Source: Candidatus Latescibacterota bacterium
Lineage (GTDB): Bacteria; Latescibacterota; CBDEFO01
DNA: 64,000 bases
NCBI GenBank assembly: GCA_965248755.1
Contig: OZ252149.1
Coordinates: 2,496,001 to 2,560,000 of the forward strand
Direction of reading: 5' to 3'
The notes beneath the pieces are model-generated. The model was not told where the DNA came from and did no database searches. It saw nothing but the letters and a program-made list of their open reading frames with translations. A program made the translations under genes and the position numbers. Shown piece after piece: positions 37,078-46,508 of the stretch (the stretch's first letter is position 1; every line of letters starts with the position of its first letter).

Positions 37078-40000
37078 TTTCGGAATTGTGCATACTTAAG
37101 GAACGAGGTCACAGGCAGTTGCTTTCTCGAATATCTCTAACTGCGGTCATAGCTATTCTCCTCTACGCCACACCGGCAAGGGCGCAAAGGTGGACGACCT
37201 ACACCACAGCAGATGGTCTGGCGGGAAATTCAGTCAGGACGATCTTGGAGGATAGTGATAGCAACCTTTGGTTTGGGACTTCAAAGGGAGGCGTGAGTCG
37301 GTATGACGGGACGTGGACTACCTTCACCACAGCAGATGGGCTGACGAATAACTCGGTCAATGCAATCTTGGAGGATAGCGACAGCAACCTTTGGTTTGGA
37401 ACCGATATGGGGGTGAGCCGATATGATGGGTCGTGGACAACTTTCACCACGGAAGATGGTCTGGCGGGAAATTCAGTCAGGGCGATCTTGGAGGATACTG
37501 AGGGAAACCTGTGGTTTGGAACTGGTACGGGCGCGAGCCGCTATGATGGAGAAAGGTGGACAACTTACACTACATCAGATGGACTGACAAATGACCTGGT
37601 CCATTCGATCTTGGAGGATACTAAGGGCAGCCTATGGTTTGCAACTAATGGAGGTGTAAGCCGCTTTGATGGGACGTGGACGACCTTTACGGTGACAGAT
37701 GGTCTGGCGGACAATGCGGTCTATTCGATCTTGGAGGATACTAAGGGCAACCTGTGGTTCGGAACTAACGGAGGTGCAAGCCGCTTTGATGGGACGTGGA
37801 CGACCTTTACGGTGACCGATGGTCTGGCGGACAATGCGGTCACCGCAATCTTGGAAGATAGCGAGGGCAATTTGTGGTTTGGAACTGAGGGTGGTGCAAG
37901 CCACTATGATGGGTACAGGTGGAAGACCTACCGCACATCAGATGGCCTGGCAAACAACTTGGTCTTAACGATCTTGGGGGACAGCGAGGGCAAGTTGTGG
38001 TTTGGAACTGGTGGGGGAGGCGTGAGCCGTTACAATGGGACGTGGACAACCTACACCACAGCAGATGGCTTGGTGGACAATGGCGTCAGTGCGATTTTGG
38101 AGGATAGTGGGGGTAACTTGTGGTTTGGAACCGGTACCGGCGTGAGCCGTTATGACGGAGCAAGATGGACGACCTACACCGCCGAAGATGGCCTGGCGGA
38201 CGATGAAGTCAATGCGATCTTGGAGGATAGTGACGGCAACCTGTGGTTTGGAACCGGAGGAGGGGTAAGTCGCTTTGATGGGACATGGACGACCTATACC
38301 GTGACCGATGGGCTGGCTAACGACATGGTCTTTACCATTTTGGGGGGCAGTGAGGGCAATCTGTGGTTTGGCACTGAGGGGGGCGTAAGTCGCTATGATG
38401 GGACATGGACGACCTATACTGCGACAGATGGTCTGGCGGACAACGTGGTCAATGCGATCTGGGAGGACAGTGAGAGCAACCTGTGGTTCGGAACTGTGTC
38501 TGGCGTGAGCCGCTATGACGGAGAGCGATGGACAACCTTCACCACAGCAGATGGCCTGGCGGACAATGCAGTCAATGCAATTTTGGAGGACAGTGCAGGC
38601 AACCTGTGGTTTGGAACCGGAGGAGGTGTAAGCCGCTTTGATGGGACATGGACGACCTATACCGTGACCGATGGGCTGGCACATAATGCGGTCAATGGCA
38701 TCTTGGAGGATAGTAAAGGCAACCTGTGGTTTTTGAATGGACTTGCCGACAGAGGTGCAACACGATATGGAGGGGACAGGATACCTCCAAACACTTTGAT
38801 CGTAGATGGACCAGAAGGAATAATCGGCACCCCACAGGCTTTCTTCCAATATAGCGGTGGGGACAGGTTTTCCCCAGAGACAGATGTACAATATGCTTAT
38901 GCCATCAAGAGTAATCGGGACAGGCCTACTGAAGGCGATTGGTCAGACCTTTCACATTTTACCTCCCACCTTACAGATCCCTTCCCAAGCGGAACCTACA
39001 CATTCTATGTAAGGTCGGCGGACAAAGCGGGAAACATCGATCCTACTCCAGCCAAAAGTACCTTCACTGTGGATTTGACCCCACCGATGGTGATGATAAA
39101 TTCTCCATCCAATGACGAGATCATTCATGGGCAGGTAAACATCTTGGGCTCGGCTTTCGACAACTCCGATATTCCCGATTTTGAAAGCTATGCGTTGGAA
39201 TACGGGAGTGGGTCGGATGAAAACAAGATCCTAGAATGGCGGACTATTAGGGAAGCTATGGAGCCTGTAAGGAGCCTTTTGGGCGTGTGGGACACCGAAG
39301 GGATATTCGGCACCTATGTCCTCAGGCTCAGAGCTGTGGACGGCTTCGATCATCGGAGCAAGGACGTTATTACCGTCCACGTCGTTGCGGCAGCCGAGGT
39401 CGTGGATCCCCGTCGTGGGGGGCATATTACTGATGCGGTAAGCAAGGTGAACCTCTACATCCCCCCCAACGGTATTTCCAAAAGCACCCAGGTGACGATT
39501 ACTCCCGTTGCGATTGAGAGTATGACGAATCTGTCTGCTCCGAACGTACAGCTTATTGGGATGGCCTATGACATCGGTCCGCAGGGTCTTGAACTCTTGA
39601 AGCCCTCAACCTTTACGATGTCCCTTTCCCCGATAGAATCAATCGGGGAGCAGGATAACATAGGGGAGTTGCCAGATCTCGGGAAATTGGCAATCTTTAC
39701 CCGGTCATCTGAGGACAGTCCATGGGAGAGGGTCGGCGGCACAGTCCTCCCCGATAGAATCAATCGGGGAGCAATCGGGGATCAGGGGGCGAGGAAGATC
39801 ACAGTCGCCCTCACACACTTTGGGAGATTTGCATTGATGGAGGATCTTTCTGATAAACAGGGGAGTCTTTCCATTTCGGATGTGAACTGCCAGCCGAGGG
39901 TCTTTTCTCCAAAGGGAGGCGGATACGACACCAAGACCACGGTATCCTTTCATCTTGGAAGAAGGTCTGCGGTTACAGTGAAGGTCTACGATGTTTCTGG

Positions 40001-40172
40001 ACGATTCAAGAGAAAGCTGGTCGAGGACAGGGAAATGAATCGAGGTAGCAATGCTGTCGAGTGGGACGGGAAGGATCATGAGGCAGATGTAGTGGTAAGT
40101 GGACTCTATGTGGTGGCTGTGGAGGCTGATGGGAAGGTGGAGACTAAGACAGTGGGGGTGTTGAATAAGTGA
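37074..40172 (+). CDS. Paralog 3 of the secreted beta-propeller protein (13 blades), with two in-frame palindrome insertions
   Basis: Same architecture; extra peptides SPIESIG and LPDRINRGAIG are absent from paralogs 1 and 2. Confidence 0.85.
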   Translation: MISELCILKERGHRQLLSRISLTAVIAILLYATPARAQRWTTYTTADGLAGNSVRTILEDSDSNLWFGTSKGGVSRYDGTWTTFTTADGLTNNSVNAILEDSDSNLWFGTDMGVSRYDGSWTTFTTEDGLAGNSVRAILEDTEGNLWFGTGTGASRYDGERWTTYTTSDGLTNDLVHSILEDTKGSLWFATNGGVSRFDGTWTTFTVTDGLADNAVYSILEDTKGNLWFGTNGGASRFDGTWTTFTVTDGLADNAVTAILEDSEGNLWFGTEGGASHYDGYRWKTYRTSDGLANNLVLTILGDSEGKLWFGTGGGGVSRYNGTWTTYTTADGLVDNGVSAILEDSGGNLWFGTGTGVSRYDGARWTTYTAEDGLADDEVNAILEDSDGNLWFGTGGGVSRFDGTWTTYTVTDGLANDMVFTILGGSEGNLWFGTEGGVSRYDGTWTTYTATDGLADNVVNAIWEDSESNLWFGTVSGVSRYDGERWTTFTTADGLADNAVNAILEDSAGNLWFGTGGGVSRFDGTWTTYTVTDGLAHNAVNGILEDSKGNLWFLNGLADRGATRYGGDRIPPNTLIVDGPEGIIGTPQAFFQYSGGDRFSPETDVQYAYAIKSNRDRPTEGDWSDLSHFTSHLTDPFPSGTYTFYVRSADKAGNIDPTPAKSTFTVDLTPPMVMINSPSNDEIIHGQVNILGSAFDNSDIPDFESYALEYGSGSDENKILEWRTIREAMEPVRSLLGVWDTEGIFGTYVLRLRAVDGFDHRSKDVITVHVVAAAEVVDPRRGGHITDAVSKVNLYIPPNGISKSTQVTITPVAIESMTNLSAPNVQLIGMAYDIGPQGLELLKPSTFTMSLSPIESIGEQDNIGELPDLGKLAIFTRSSEDSPWERVGGTVLPDRINRGAIGDQGARKITVALTHFGRFALMEDLSDKQGSLSISDVNCQPRVFSPKGGGYDTKTTVSFHLGRRSAVTVKVYDVSGRFKRKLVEDREMNRGSNAVEWDGKDHEADVVVSGLYVVAVEADGKVETKTVGVLNK

Positions 40173-40194
40173 TTTCATTTCAGGTCATTCTTGT

Positions 40195-40899
40195 TTAGTA
40201 GATCACCTCCTCCTCCTCGGTCCTGGCCATTTTCCCCTCGGAAAGCAATATGACCTCCCGGCTTAATGAACGTGCCTGAGAGGAGTCGTGTGTTGTGAAA
40301 ATGACGGTGGTCTTCTCCTGCTCGTTTATATCTCTCATGAGTTCCTCTATTATATGGACGTTCTTGCTGTCTACGTTGGCGGTCGGCTCATCTAAGAACA
40401 ACACCTGAGGGCGCACACAGATGGCCCTTGCGATAGCCGCCCTCTGTATCTCTCCTCCAGAAAGAGTTTGAGCCGCCCTCTTTTCAAAGCCTGAAAGCCC
40501 TACCATCGCAAGACACTTTGATACTCTCTCCTCTATGACATCTCCTGGAGTCTTGCGCACCTTCAATCCGTACGCTGCATTCTTGAACAGGGTCCCCCGA
40601 AACAGAAAGGGATTTTGCGCCACCAGCGTCATCAGGTTCCTGTATTCTGTCAGCTTCCCGTGGGATTTGTAAACATCCTGCGACTCAAAAAGTATCTTCC
40701 CTTTAGTAGGTCGAAGGAGTAGACTCAGAATATTCAGGAATGTCGTCTTCCCTGACCCGTTGGGTCCCACAATGGCATATATCCCTCCTCTTTCGAACGA
40801 GAGATACGGAATATAGAGCCTGAACCCCGGTGGATATGCCTTTTCAAGCTCCTGAAGCTCGATTATCCCGTTCTGGACTCCTTTAGAAGTGGACGCCAC
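40195..40899 (-). CDS. tupC: Tungstate ABC transporter ATPase (TupC-like)
   Basis: GPNGSGKT, LSGGE, LDEPTAN; downstream of tupAB; likely GTG start at 40899. Confidence 0.8.
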   Translation of the reverse strand: MASTSKGVQNGIIELQELEKAYPPGFRLYIPYLSFERGGIYAIVGPNGSGKTTFLNILSLLLRPTKGKILFESQDVYKSHGKLTEYRNLMTLVAQNPFLFRGTLFKNAAYGLKVRKTPGDVIEERVSKCLAMVGLSGFEKRAAQTLSGGEIQRAAIARAICVRPQVLFLDEPTANVDSKNVHIIEELMRDINEQEKTTVIFTTHDSSQARSLSREVILLSEGKMARTEEEEVIY

Positions 40900-40914
40900 C
40901 TTTTCTATCCTAAT

Positions 40915-41070
40915 GTAGGGGCGAACCCATGTGTTCGCCCAATAGAGACAAGGTATCCTGCAAAATAAATGTAAGGCCAAGGTTACCCTGCCCTTGGGGC
41001 AAGGAGACCTCGCCCCTACAAATAGGGGTCACCCCACGGATCAGGGCAGACACGCGGGTCTGCCCCTACA
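40915..41070. repeat. Cluster of three GTAG-type REP palindromes
   Basis: GTAGGGGCGAACCCATGTGTTCGCCC (40915), GGGCAAGGAGACCTCGCCCCTAC (40997), GGGCAGACACGCGGGTCTGCCCCTAC (41044). Confidence 0.85.
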
Positions 41071-41083
41071 ACTGTCTACTTCT

Positions 41084-41775
41084 CTACGTCCCTTTGGACT
41101 GATAGTAGTGGAAAAGAATATTTAGGGAGAAAGCCACAAAAAGGAGGACTATCCCCAGAGCTATTCCGATCCGAACTCGCCCTTGCTGGTCTCTAATGCT
41201 ATTGCCGTAGTCATAGTCCTTGTACTTCCCCTGATATTCCCGCCAAGCATCATAGCCGAACCGACCTCCGCGATCACCCTCCCGAATCCTGCTACAACCG
41301 CCGCTATGATGGAGAACTTAGCCTCACTGAGGACAGCCAGTGTCGCTTGAAACTCGCTCGCTCCCAAAGTTAGAGCCGTAGGCCTTACCCTTTTGTCTAT
41401 TCCCTGCGCCGCAGATAGAGAAAGAGCAGTTATTATGGGCGTCGCTAAGATGAACCCCCCGATCACTATAGCTGTGGGAGTATATAAGAGTCCAAGAGAT
41501 CCGAGCGGCCCCCTTCGGGAGATCATCGCATAGATAGATAGCCCAATAACCACTGTCGGGAGCGCCATGAGCGTGTTAAGGACCGTTACGACGGCGCGCT
41601 TCCCCCAAAAATTCCTTACTCCGATGACCAAACCCAGTGGCACGCCCACAACACAGGCAAGAAGAGTGGCAGCAGACGATACCTTCAAAGAGACAAGAAC
41701 AACATCGAACGTGGCCCCATCCAGCGATAAGATGAGCCAAAGGGCGCGCCGAATACCTTCAAATATATAATCCAA
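41084..41775 (-). pseudogene. tupB: Tungstate ABC permease TupB-like with a 1-bp deletion near 41170
   Basis: EVGSAMMLGGNI..TRTMTTAIALETSKGEFG; the last TM GIALGIVLLFVAFSLN lies in the adjacent frame, ending at 41084. Confidence 0.8.
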
Positions 41776-41897
41776 TCTTTGTCTCCAGTGTCATCCATGA
41801 AGCGAAGCTTAGCCACAAAGACACAAAACCTCAAACCTTAATATGTTTGTACCTTGTCCCCGATTGGAACTATCACGATTTGGTGGCTGAAGCGCCT

Positions 41898-42743
41898 TTA
41901 CATTTGCCTTTCATACGGGTGGAAGAGCGTCTGTCCACCTACTCTAAAATCCTCTATTATCTTCTGCCCCTGTGGCGAGGTCATCCAGCCTATCAGCGCC
42001 ATAGAATAGACGTAGTTTACGTGGGGGTGAATACTCGGATTGATCGCTATTACTCCGTAAGGGTTGAACAACGCAGAGTCGCCTTGAAACAACACCACAA
42101 TATCAACTTTTCGCGAATACGCAAGGAGTGTTCCTCTATCAATCAGGACGTAGGCCCCCTTCTCATCTGCTATCTGAAGCGTAGCCGCCATGCCCTGACC
42201 CGTCTCTATGTACCATTTTTCCGTCCCCGACCCCGGATTGAATCTATTGGGGGTCAATCGGGGATCTACCCCAGCCTTTTCCCATATCTCCATCTCCTTT
42301 TTATGAGTCCCGGAGTCGTCTCCTCTGGAGGCAAAAAGGGAGTTCTTTGCAAATATCCTCTTCATCGCCGAGAGAACATCAGAGGTTTGAGCTATCCCGG
42401 CAGGGTCATCTCTTGGACCTGCTATCACAAAGTCGTTGTACATTACATCTCGTCTGTTGACCCCGAAGGCCTTTTCTACGAAGTCCTCCTCGGCTTTCCT
42501 TGCATGCACGAGCACGACATCAACATCTCCGTTCTCCCCCAACTTTAGCGCTTTCCCCGTCCCCACAGCTATTACATCCACCTTAACACCAAATAGTTTC
42601 TCAAAAGGAGGGAGTAGCTCTAAAAGGAGACCTGAATTTTCGGTACTCGTGGTCGTTGCAAGCTTTATTCTCTCTTGGGCATCCGCCGGAGACCACAAAA
42701 GGGCACAGATTAAAAGGAGGCTAATGGCTGCTATAACCCTCAT
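41898..42743 (-). CDS. tupA: Tungstate-binding protein TupA-like
   Basis: LATTTSTENSGLL, VGTGKAL, SRGDDSGTHKKE, GQGM, NPY. Confidence 0.92.
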   Translation of the reverse strand: MRVIAAISLLLICALLWSPADAQERIKLATTTSTENSGLLLELLPPFEKLFGVKVDVIAVGTGKALKLGENGDVDVVLVHARKAEEDFVEKAFGVNRRDVMYNDFVIAGPRDDPAGIAQTSDVLSAMKRIFAKNSLFASRGDDSGTHKKEMEIWEKAGVDPRLTPNRFNPGSGTEKWYIETGQGMAATLQIADEKGAYVLIDRGTLLAYSRKVDIVVLFQGDSALFNPYGVIAINPSIHPHVNYVYSMALIGWMTSPQGQKIIEDFRVGGQTLFHPYERQM

Positions 42744-43799
42744 CTATGCCCCTATCTCGAGCAGAGTCTTAACCGCCGTAGCTCCTCTCTCTTCAAATTT
42801 GTCGAGTCCCTCCGTTACTCCTTGAGCAAGTGGGAGCGTCCCTGTGATGATGGCATCAGGATCCATCCGTCCGTCCGCTATAAGCGAAAGGACTATCGGG
42901 AACTCGTCCCCATATCCCAGAGATGTCACAAGCGATTTTTCTCCGCTCATCAGATCGTTGAAATTGTACTCAAAGGGCTCGGTGAATATGCCTACAAGGC
43001 AGGCAATTCCCTGCTTCCTGATGATGTCCACGCACATCTTAGCGGTAGCTTCCACGCCGACGCATTCTATAGCCAAGTCCACACCTATTCCATCAGTGAG
43101 CTGGAAGACAGCCTCAACTGGATCCACTTTCCCCGGGTTTATCACCTCTGTTGCTCCCAAATCTCTTGCAAATTTCTCCTTGACCTCCGACTTTTCCAGA
43201 ACATAAATTTGAGACGCACCTGCCGCTTTGGCGCACTGCAGCGTGCAAAGACCTATCGTACCTCCTCCTACAATCGCTACCCTATCTCCCACACTTATCT
43301 CCGCTCGTTTGAGGGCGTGCATTCCCACAGAGAGCGGCTCGATCAGAGCACCCAACTGATACGACGCAGAGTCCGGCAACCTATGACATGACCACTCAGG
43401 GACTACCGTATATTCTGCAAATCCACCGTCCCTGTTGAAGCCTATGAAGGCGCCTTGTTGGCATACGGCGTACAGTCCCCTTTGGCAGTAGTAGCAATCC
43501 AGACACGGATCGCAGGCGTTGACGCAGACCCTATCGCCTACTGTAATCCTTTTTACAGTGCTCCCGATTTCCACAACCTCTCCAGAAAACTCGTGTCCTA
43601 AAACTATCGGAGCTCCCCTCCCGGTCCTCGGATGCGGCTCAGCAGAAAGGTATATGGGTCCGTAGGAGTACTCCGTAAAATCCGTGTGGCAAAGACCGGC
43701 GTACTTAACCTTGATCTTGATCTCATTTGGCCCGACTTCTGGCTCAGGAAAGTCCTCATACCTTAAGTCTTTCCTTGCGTGCCATACCAAAGCTTTCAT
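42744..43799 (-). CDS. Zn-dependent medium-chain dehydrogenase (2,3-butanediol dehydrogenase-like)
   Basis: GLCHTD, LGHEFSG, C..C..C.......C, GGGTIG. Confidence 0.9.
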   Translation of the reverse strand: MKALVWHARKDLRYEDFPEPEVGPNEIKIKVKYAGLCHTDFTEYSYGPIYLSAEPHPRTGRGAPIVLGHEFSGEVVEIGSTVKRITVGDRVCVNACDPCLDCYYCQRGLYAVCQQGAFIGFNRDGGFAEYTVVPEWSCHRLPDSASYQLGALIEPLSVGMHALKRAEISVGDRVAIVGGGTIGLCTLQCAKAAGASQIYVLEKSEVKEKFARDLGATEVINPGKVDPVEAVFQLTDGIGVDLAIECVGVEATAKMCVDIIRKQGIACLVGIFTEPFEYNFNDLMSGEKSLVTSLGYGDEFPIVLSLIADGRMDPDAIITGTLPLAQGVTEGLDKFEERGATAVKTLLEIGA

Positions 43800-44142
43800 C
43801 AGTCTATCTCCTTATGGTTACCGATTTTGTACTCCTGCACCTTCTCCTATTATCCTTTCCTACGCTCTATTCATCTGAATTTACTGAGGAAAGTCCTTGA
43901 CATCGTTCTATTTACTATTTATTTTGATTAGAAATATTGTCTTAGTCAGCCCTCATAACGCATATAATTTTGAATCCCCACAAGATATAGTACCGAATTT
44001 AGGGATTAAGCTCGAACTTGTCAACAAGAAAGTCAGAAGAAACTGTGCTGCCGATAGCAAGTGGCATTTAAGTTATTTGCGAAATTAAAGGGAATCTGTG
44101 TAGTCTATTCTAACACCGAAGGAGCAAAAAAGGAGCAACACA

Positions 44143-45000
44143 ATGTTCAAGAACTTAAGTCCTGATGCGATAGGAATTCAATGCAGTTTAGTTGAGGCTG
44201 TCGAAATTGCCAAAACTGCAGGATTTGAAGGTATAGACATCTCAATAGAGGAGGTAGCAGATCTTGCTGATGAAAAGTCGATTGACTACGTATTAGAGGT
44301 ATTTAAAACAGCGGGGATCAGGATGGGGGGATGGATGCTGCCTGCAACCTGGCTCGGTGATGAGTCTTCCCACAACGAAGGACTGCAGAAGCTCCCTCGC
44401 TTGGCTCGCGTCGCTCAGTCTATAGGATGCTTGAGAATAATCGCCTGGGTTTGGCCATTGTCGGATGAAAGGCCTTATAAAGAGAACTTTGACTGGCAGG
44501 TTGCACGCTTCAGGCCTATTGCCGAAATCCTGAAAGAATACGACTGCCGTCTCAGTTTAGAATTCATCGGCCCTGCGACGTTGAGGAAGGACCACAAAAA
44601 AGACCACAAATATGAATTTATCTATACGATAGACGGCGCGCTCGAACTGTGTGTGGCCATCGGGACGGGAAATGTGGGTCTCCTTCTGGACTGCTACCAT
44701 TGGTACACATCCCATGGCACACTGGACGATCTGGAGAAGCTGACATCAGATCAGGTAGTTTACGTCCACATCAACGATGCGCCCTCTGGGATTAAGGTGG
44801 ACGAGCAGATGGACAGGGTCAGGTGTCTGCCCGGGGAGACAGGCGTAATAGACATTTCCAGCTTCATGAGGAGCCTGCGCAAGATGGGTTACGACGGCCC
44901 TGTGACGGTTGAACCGTTCAACGAGACAGTAACAAAGATGGACCCTCTGGATGCGGCAAGGGAGACGTACAAGGCCCTGTCTGGAGTCTGGGGATCGTAA
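44143..45000 (+). CDS. Sugar-phosphate isomerase/epimerase (AP_endonuc_2 TIM barrel)
   Basis: GFEGID, LEFIGP, LLDCYHW, VHINDA, GYDGPVTVEPF. Confidence 0.88.
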   Translation: MFKNLSPDAIGIQCSLVEAVEIAKTAGFEGIDISIEEVADLADEKSIDYVLEVFKTAGIRMGGWMLPATWLGDESSHNEGLQKLPRLARVAQSIGCLRIIAWVWPLSDERPYKENFDWQVARFRPIAEILKEYDCRLSLEFIGPATLRKDHKKDHKYEFIYTIDGALELCVAIGTGNVGLLLDCYHWYTSHGTLDDLEKLTSDQVVYVHINDAPSGIKVDEQMDRVRCLPGETGVIDISSFMRSLRKMGYDGPVTVEPFNETVTKMDPLDAARETYKALSGVWGS

Positions 45001-45306
45001 ACAGCCTATGCAAACTGTCTGAGATATTCTATTGCCATGATGAAACCCTCTTCTCTGTCCAGTGCGCTGTCTTCGTGCTCTATGCTCAAAACGTTGTTCT
45101 AATCGTTTCGTGTGAGCGTAACAATCCCCGTATTACGACTTCCCGGAGTCGGGTAATAGGTAGCTCCACCAGCCTCCTGCAGGGCTTCTATTCCGAAAGA
45201 CGACGTTGACAGTCCTATTTCCTTTATAGTCTCCTTTCAAAACAAAAATAGCCCCATCAATGTTCAGCAGGGGCCACAAAAATTACCGTTTAATCTCGAC
45301 AATCGG

Positions 45307-45834
45307 TCAGACCGTCTCTTGCAATTTTTTCTTTTGCTGTATTTTCTCCAACTGTTCGGCTGACTGATGCAGCCTCAGTGTCAAGAAACATCCGAGCTTA
45401 AGGGCAATCTTCACTCCCAAGCGGGGATTGCGATCCATAAGACCTAAAAAATCAGGTCTGAAGAAGCCTATCATCTCGCAGTCCTCACAAGCCACAGCAG
45501 AGGCAGAGCGCGGCAGTTCATTCAAAAGGGAGAATTCACCTGTGAAGGCGCCCTCCTCCAGATGGGCAATCTTGAATGATCCTCCTGCATCTAACTCCTT
45601 GAGAATATCGATACTGCCTTTTCTGATGATGTACATCCCCAATCCGGGATTCCCCTCTCTGAATATCTTCTCCCCCTTTGAGAACTTCCGTTTGTGGACT
45701 ATCCTTTCTATATTCGTCAGTTCGCCTTTAGAGAGTCCTTCGAATATAGGAACTTCAGCAAGGACATCGCAAAGATCGTCCTGAGAATCCTTCTTATCCT
45801 TAAAGATATTTCCCCACAGGGCGTCAACGGACAT
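45307..45834 (-). CDS. Stand-alone cNMP-binding domain protein
   Basis: IFREG..GMYII..GEFSLL..PRSASA; no HTH. Confidence 0.88.
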   Translation of the reverse strand: MSVDALWGNIFKDKKDSQDDLCDVLAEVPIFEGLSKGELTNIERIVHKRKFSKGEKIFREGNPGLGMYIIRKGSIDILKELDAGGSFKIAHLEEGAFTGEFSLLNELPRSASAVACEDCEMIGFFRPDFLGLMDRNPRLGVKIALKLGCFLTLRLHQSAEQLEKIQQKKKLQETV

Positions 45835-45907
45835 TGTAGTCGTAGAATATAGTTTATGACGTTAAGGACAATTAATAGGCATTTTACGAGAGGTGCAAAG
45901 GACCTCT

Positions 45908-46249
45908 TTATCGTTTCTGCTTTTTGGTGCTTTTCTCTTCTAGCTTCGTTATCTTATCCCTGATCTCGGAGGCCTGCTCGTAGGCCTCCTCTTCCACCAG
46001 ACGCCTAAGTTGAGCGTTTAGTCGTTCCAACTCGATCTCATTTCCGACTTGGTTGCACTCATCTACCTCGCCGGATAGGGTAACGATATTATCAGGGTTT
46101 CCTTTTGTCACAGCTACAGGCCTTCCGAGCTTGCTTCTGTTGCGTCTCCTCATCTTTATGAACTTCGCGTAGCCGCTGAGAGTGGAGATAACCAGAGCGC
46201 CAGTCAATACGACCAGCCAGATGATCACCCATATAGGTATATCAGGCAT
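45908..46249 (-). CDS. Membrane-anchored UVR-motif protein
   Basis: N-terminal TM; L..LVEEEAYEQASEIRDKI. Confidence 0.7.
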   Translation of the reverse strand: MPDIPIWVIIWLVVLTGALVISTLSGYAKFIKMRRRNRSKLGRPVAVTKGNPDNIVTLSGEVDECNQVGNEIELERLNAQLRRLVEEEAYEQASEIRDKITKLEEKSTKKQKR

Positions 46250-46508
46250 GTCGTCTTCCTTTGCAGCAAAGATAGCACCTGAAGGATCAAAAAGGACTAT
46301 CCGGTCTAACAGAATATTTCCATCAGTGCTAATATACCGAAAGTGTATGTAATAGTCAAGAGGAAAATCCTGTTATGTTCATAGAATTATCTTGATCAGA
46401 TGTACATTCTTCATTATCTTATTTATGTCCGAATAATGTCAAGAGTACTAGCCGCACTTAACACGCACCTATCACAAGCGAAGTTGACATACAAAAAGGA
46501 GACAGATA

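Noticed and set aside
30554..40172. Diversity-generating retroelement or hybrid two-component sensors
   Set aside because: No reverse transcriptase or adenine-specific template/variable pair; no TM, kinase or receiver domains
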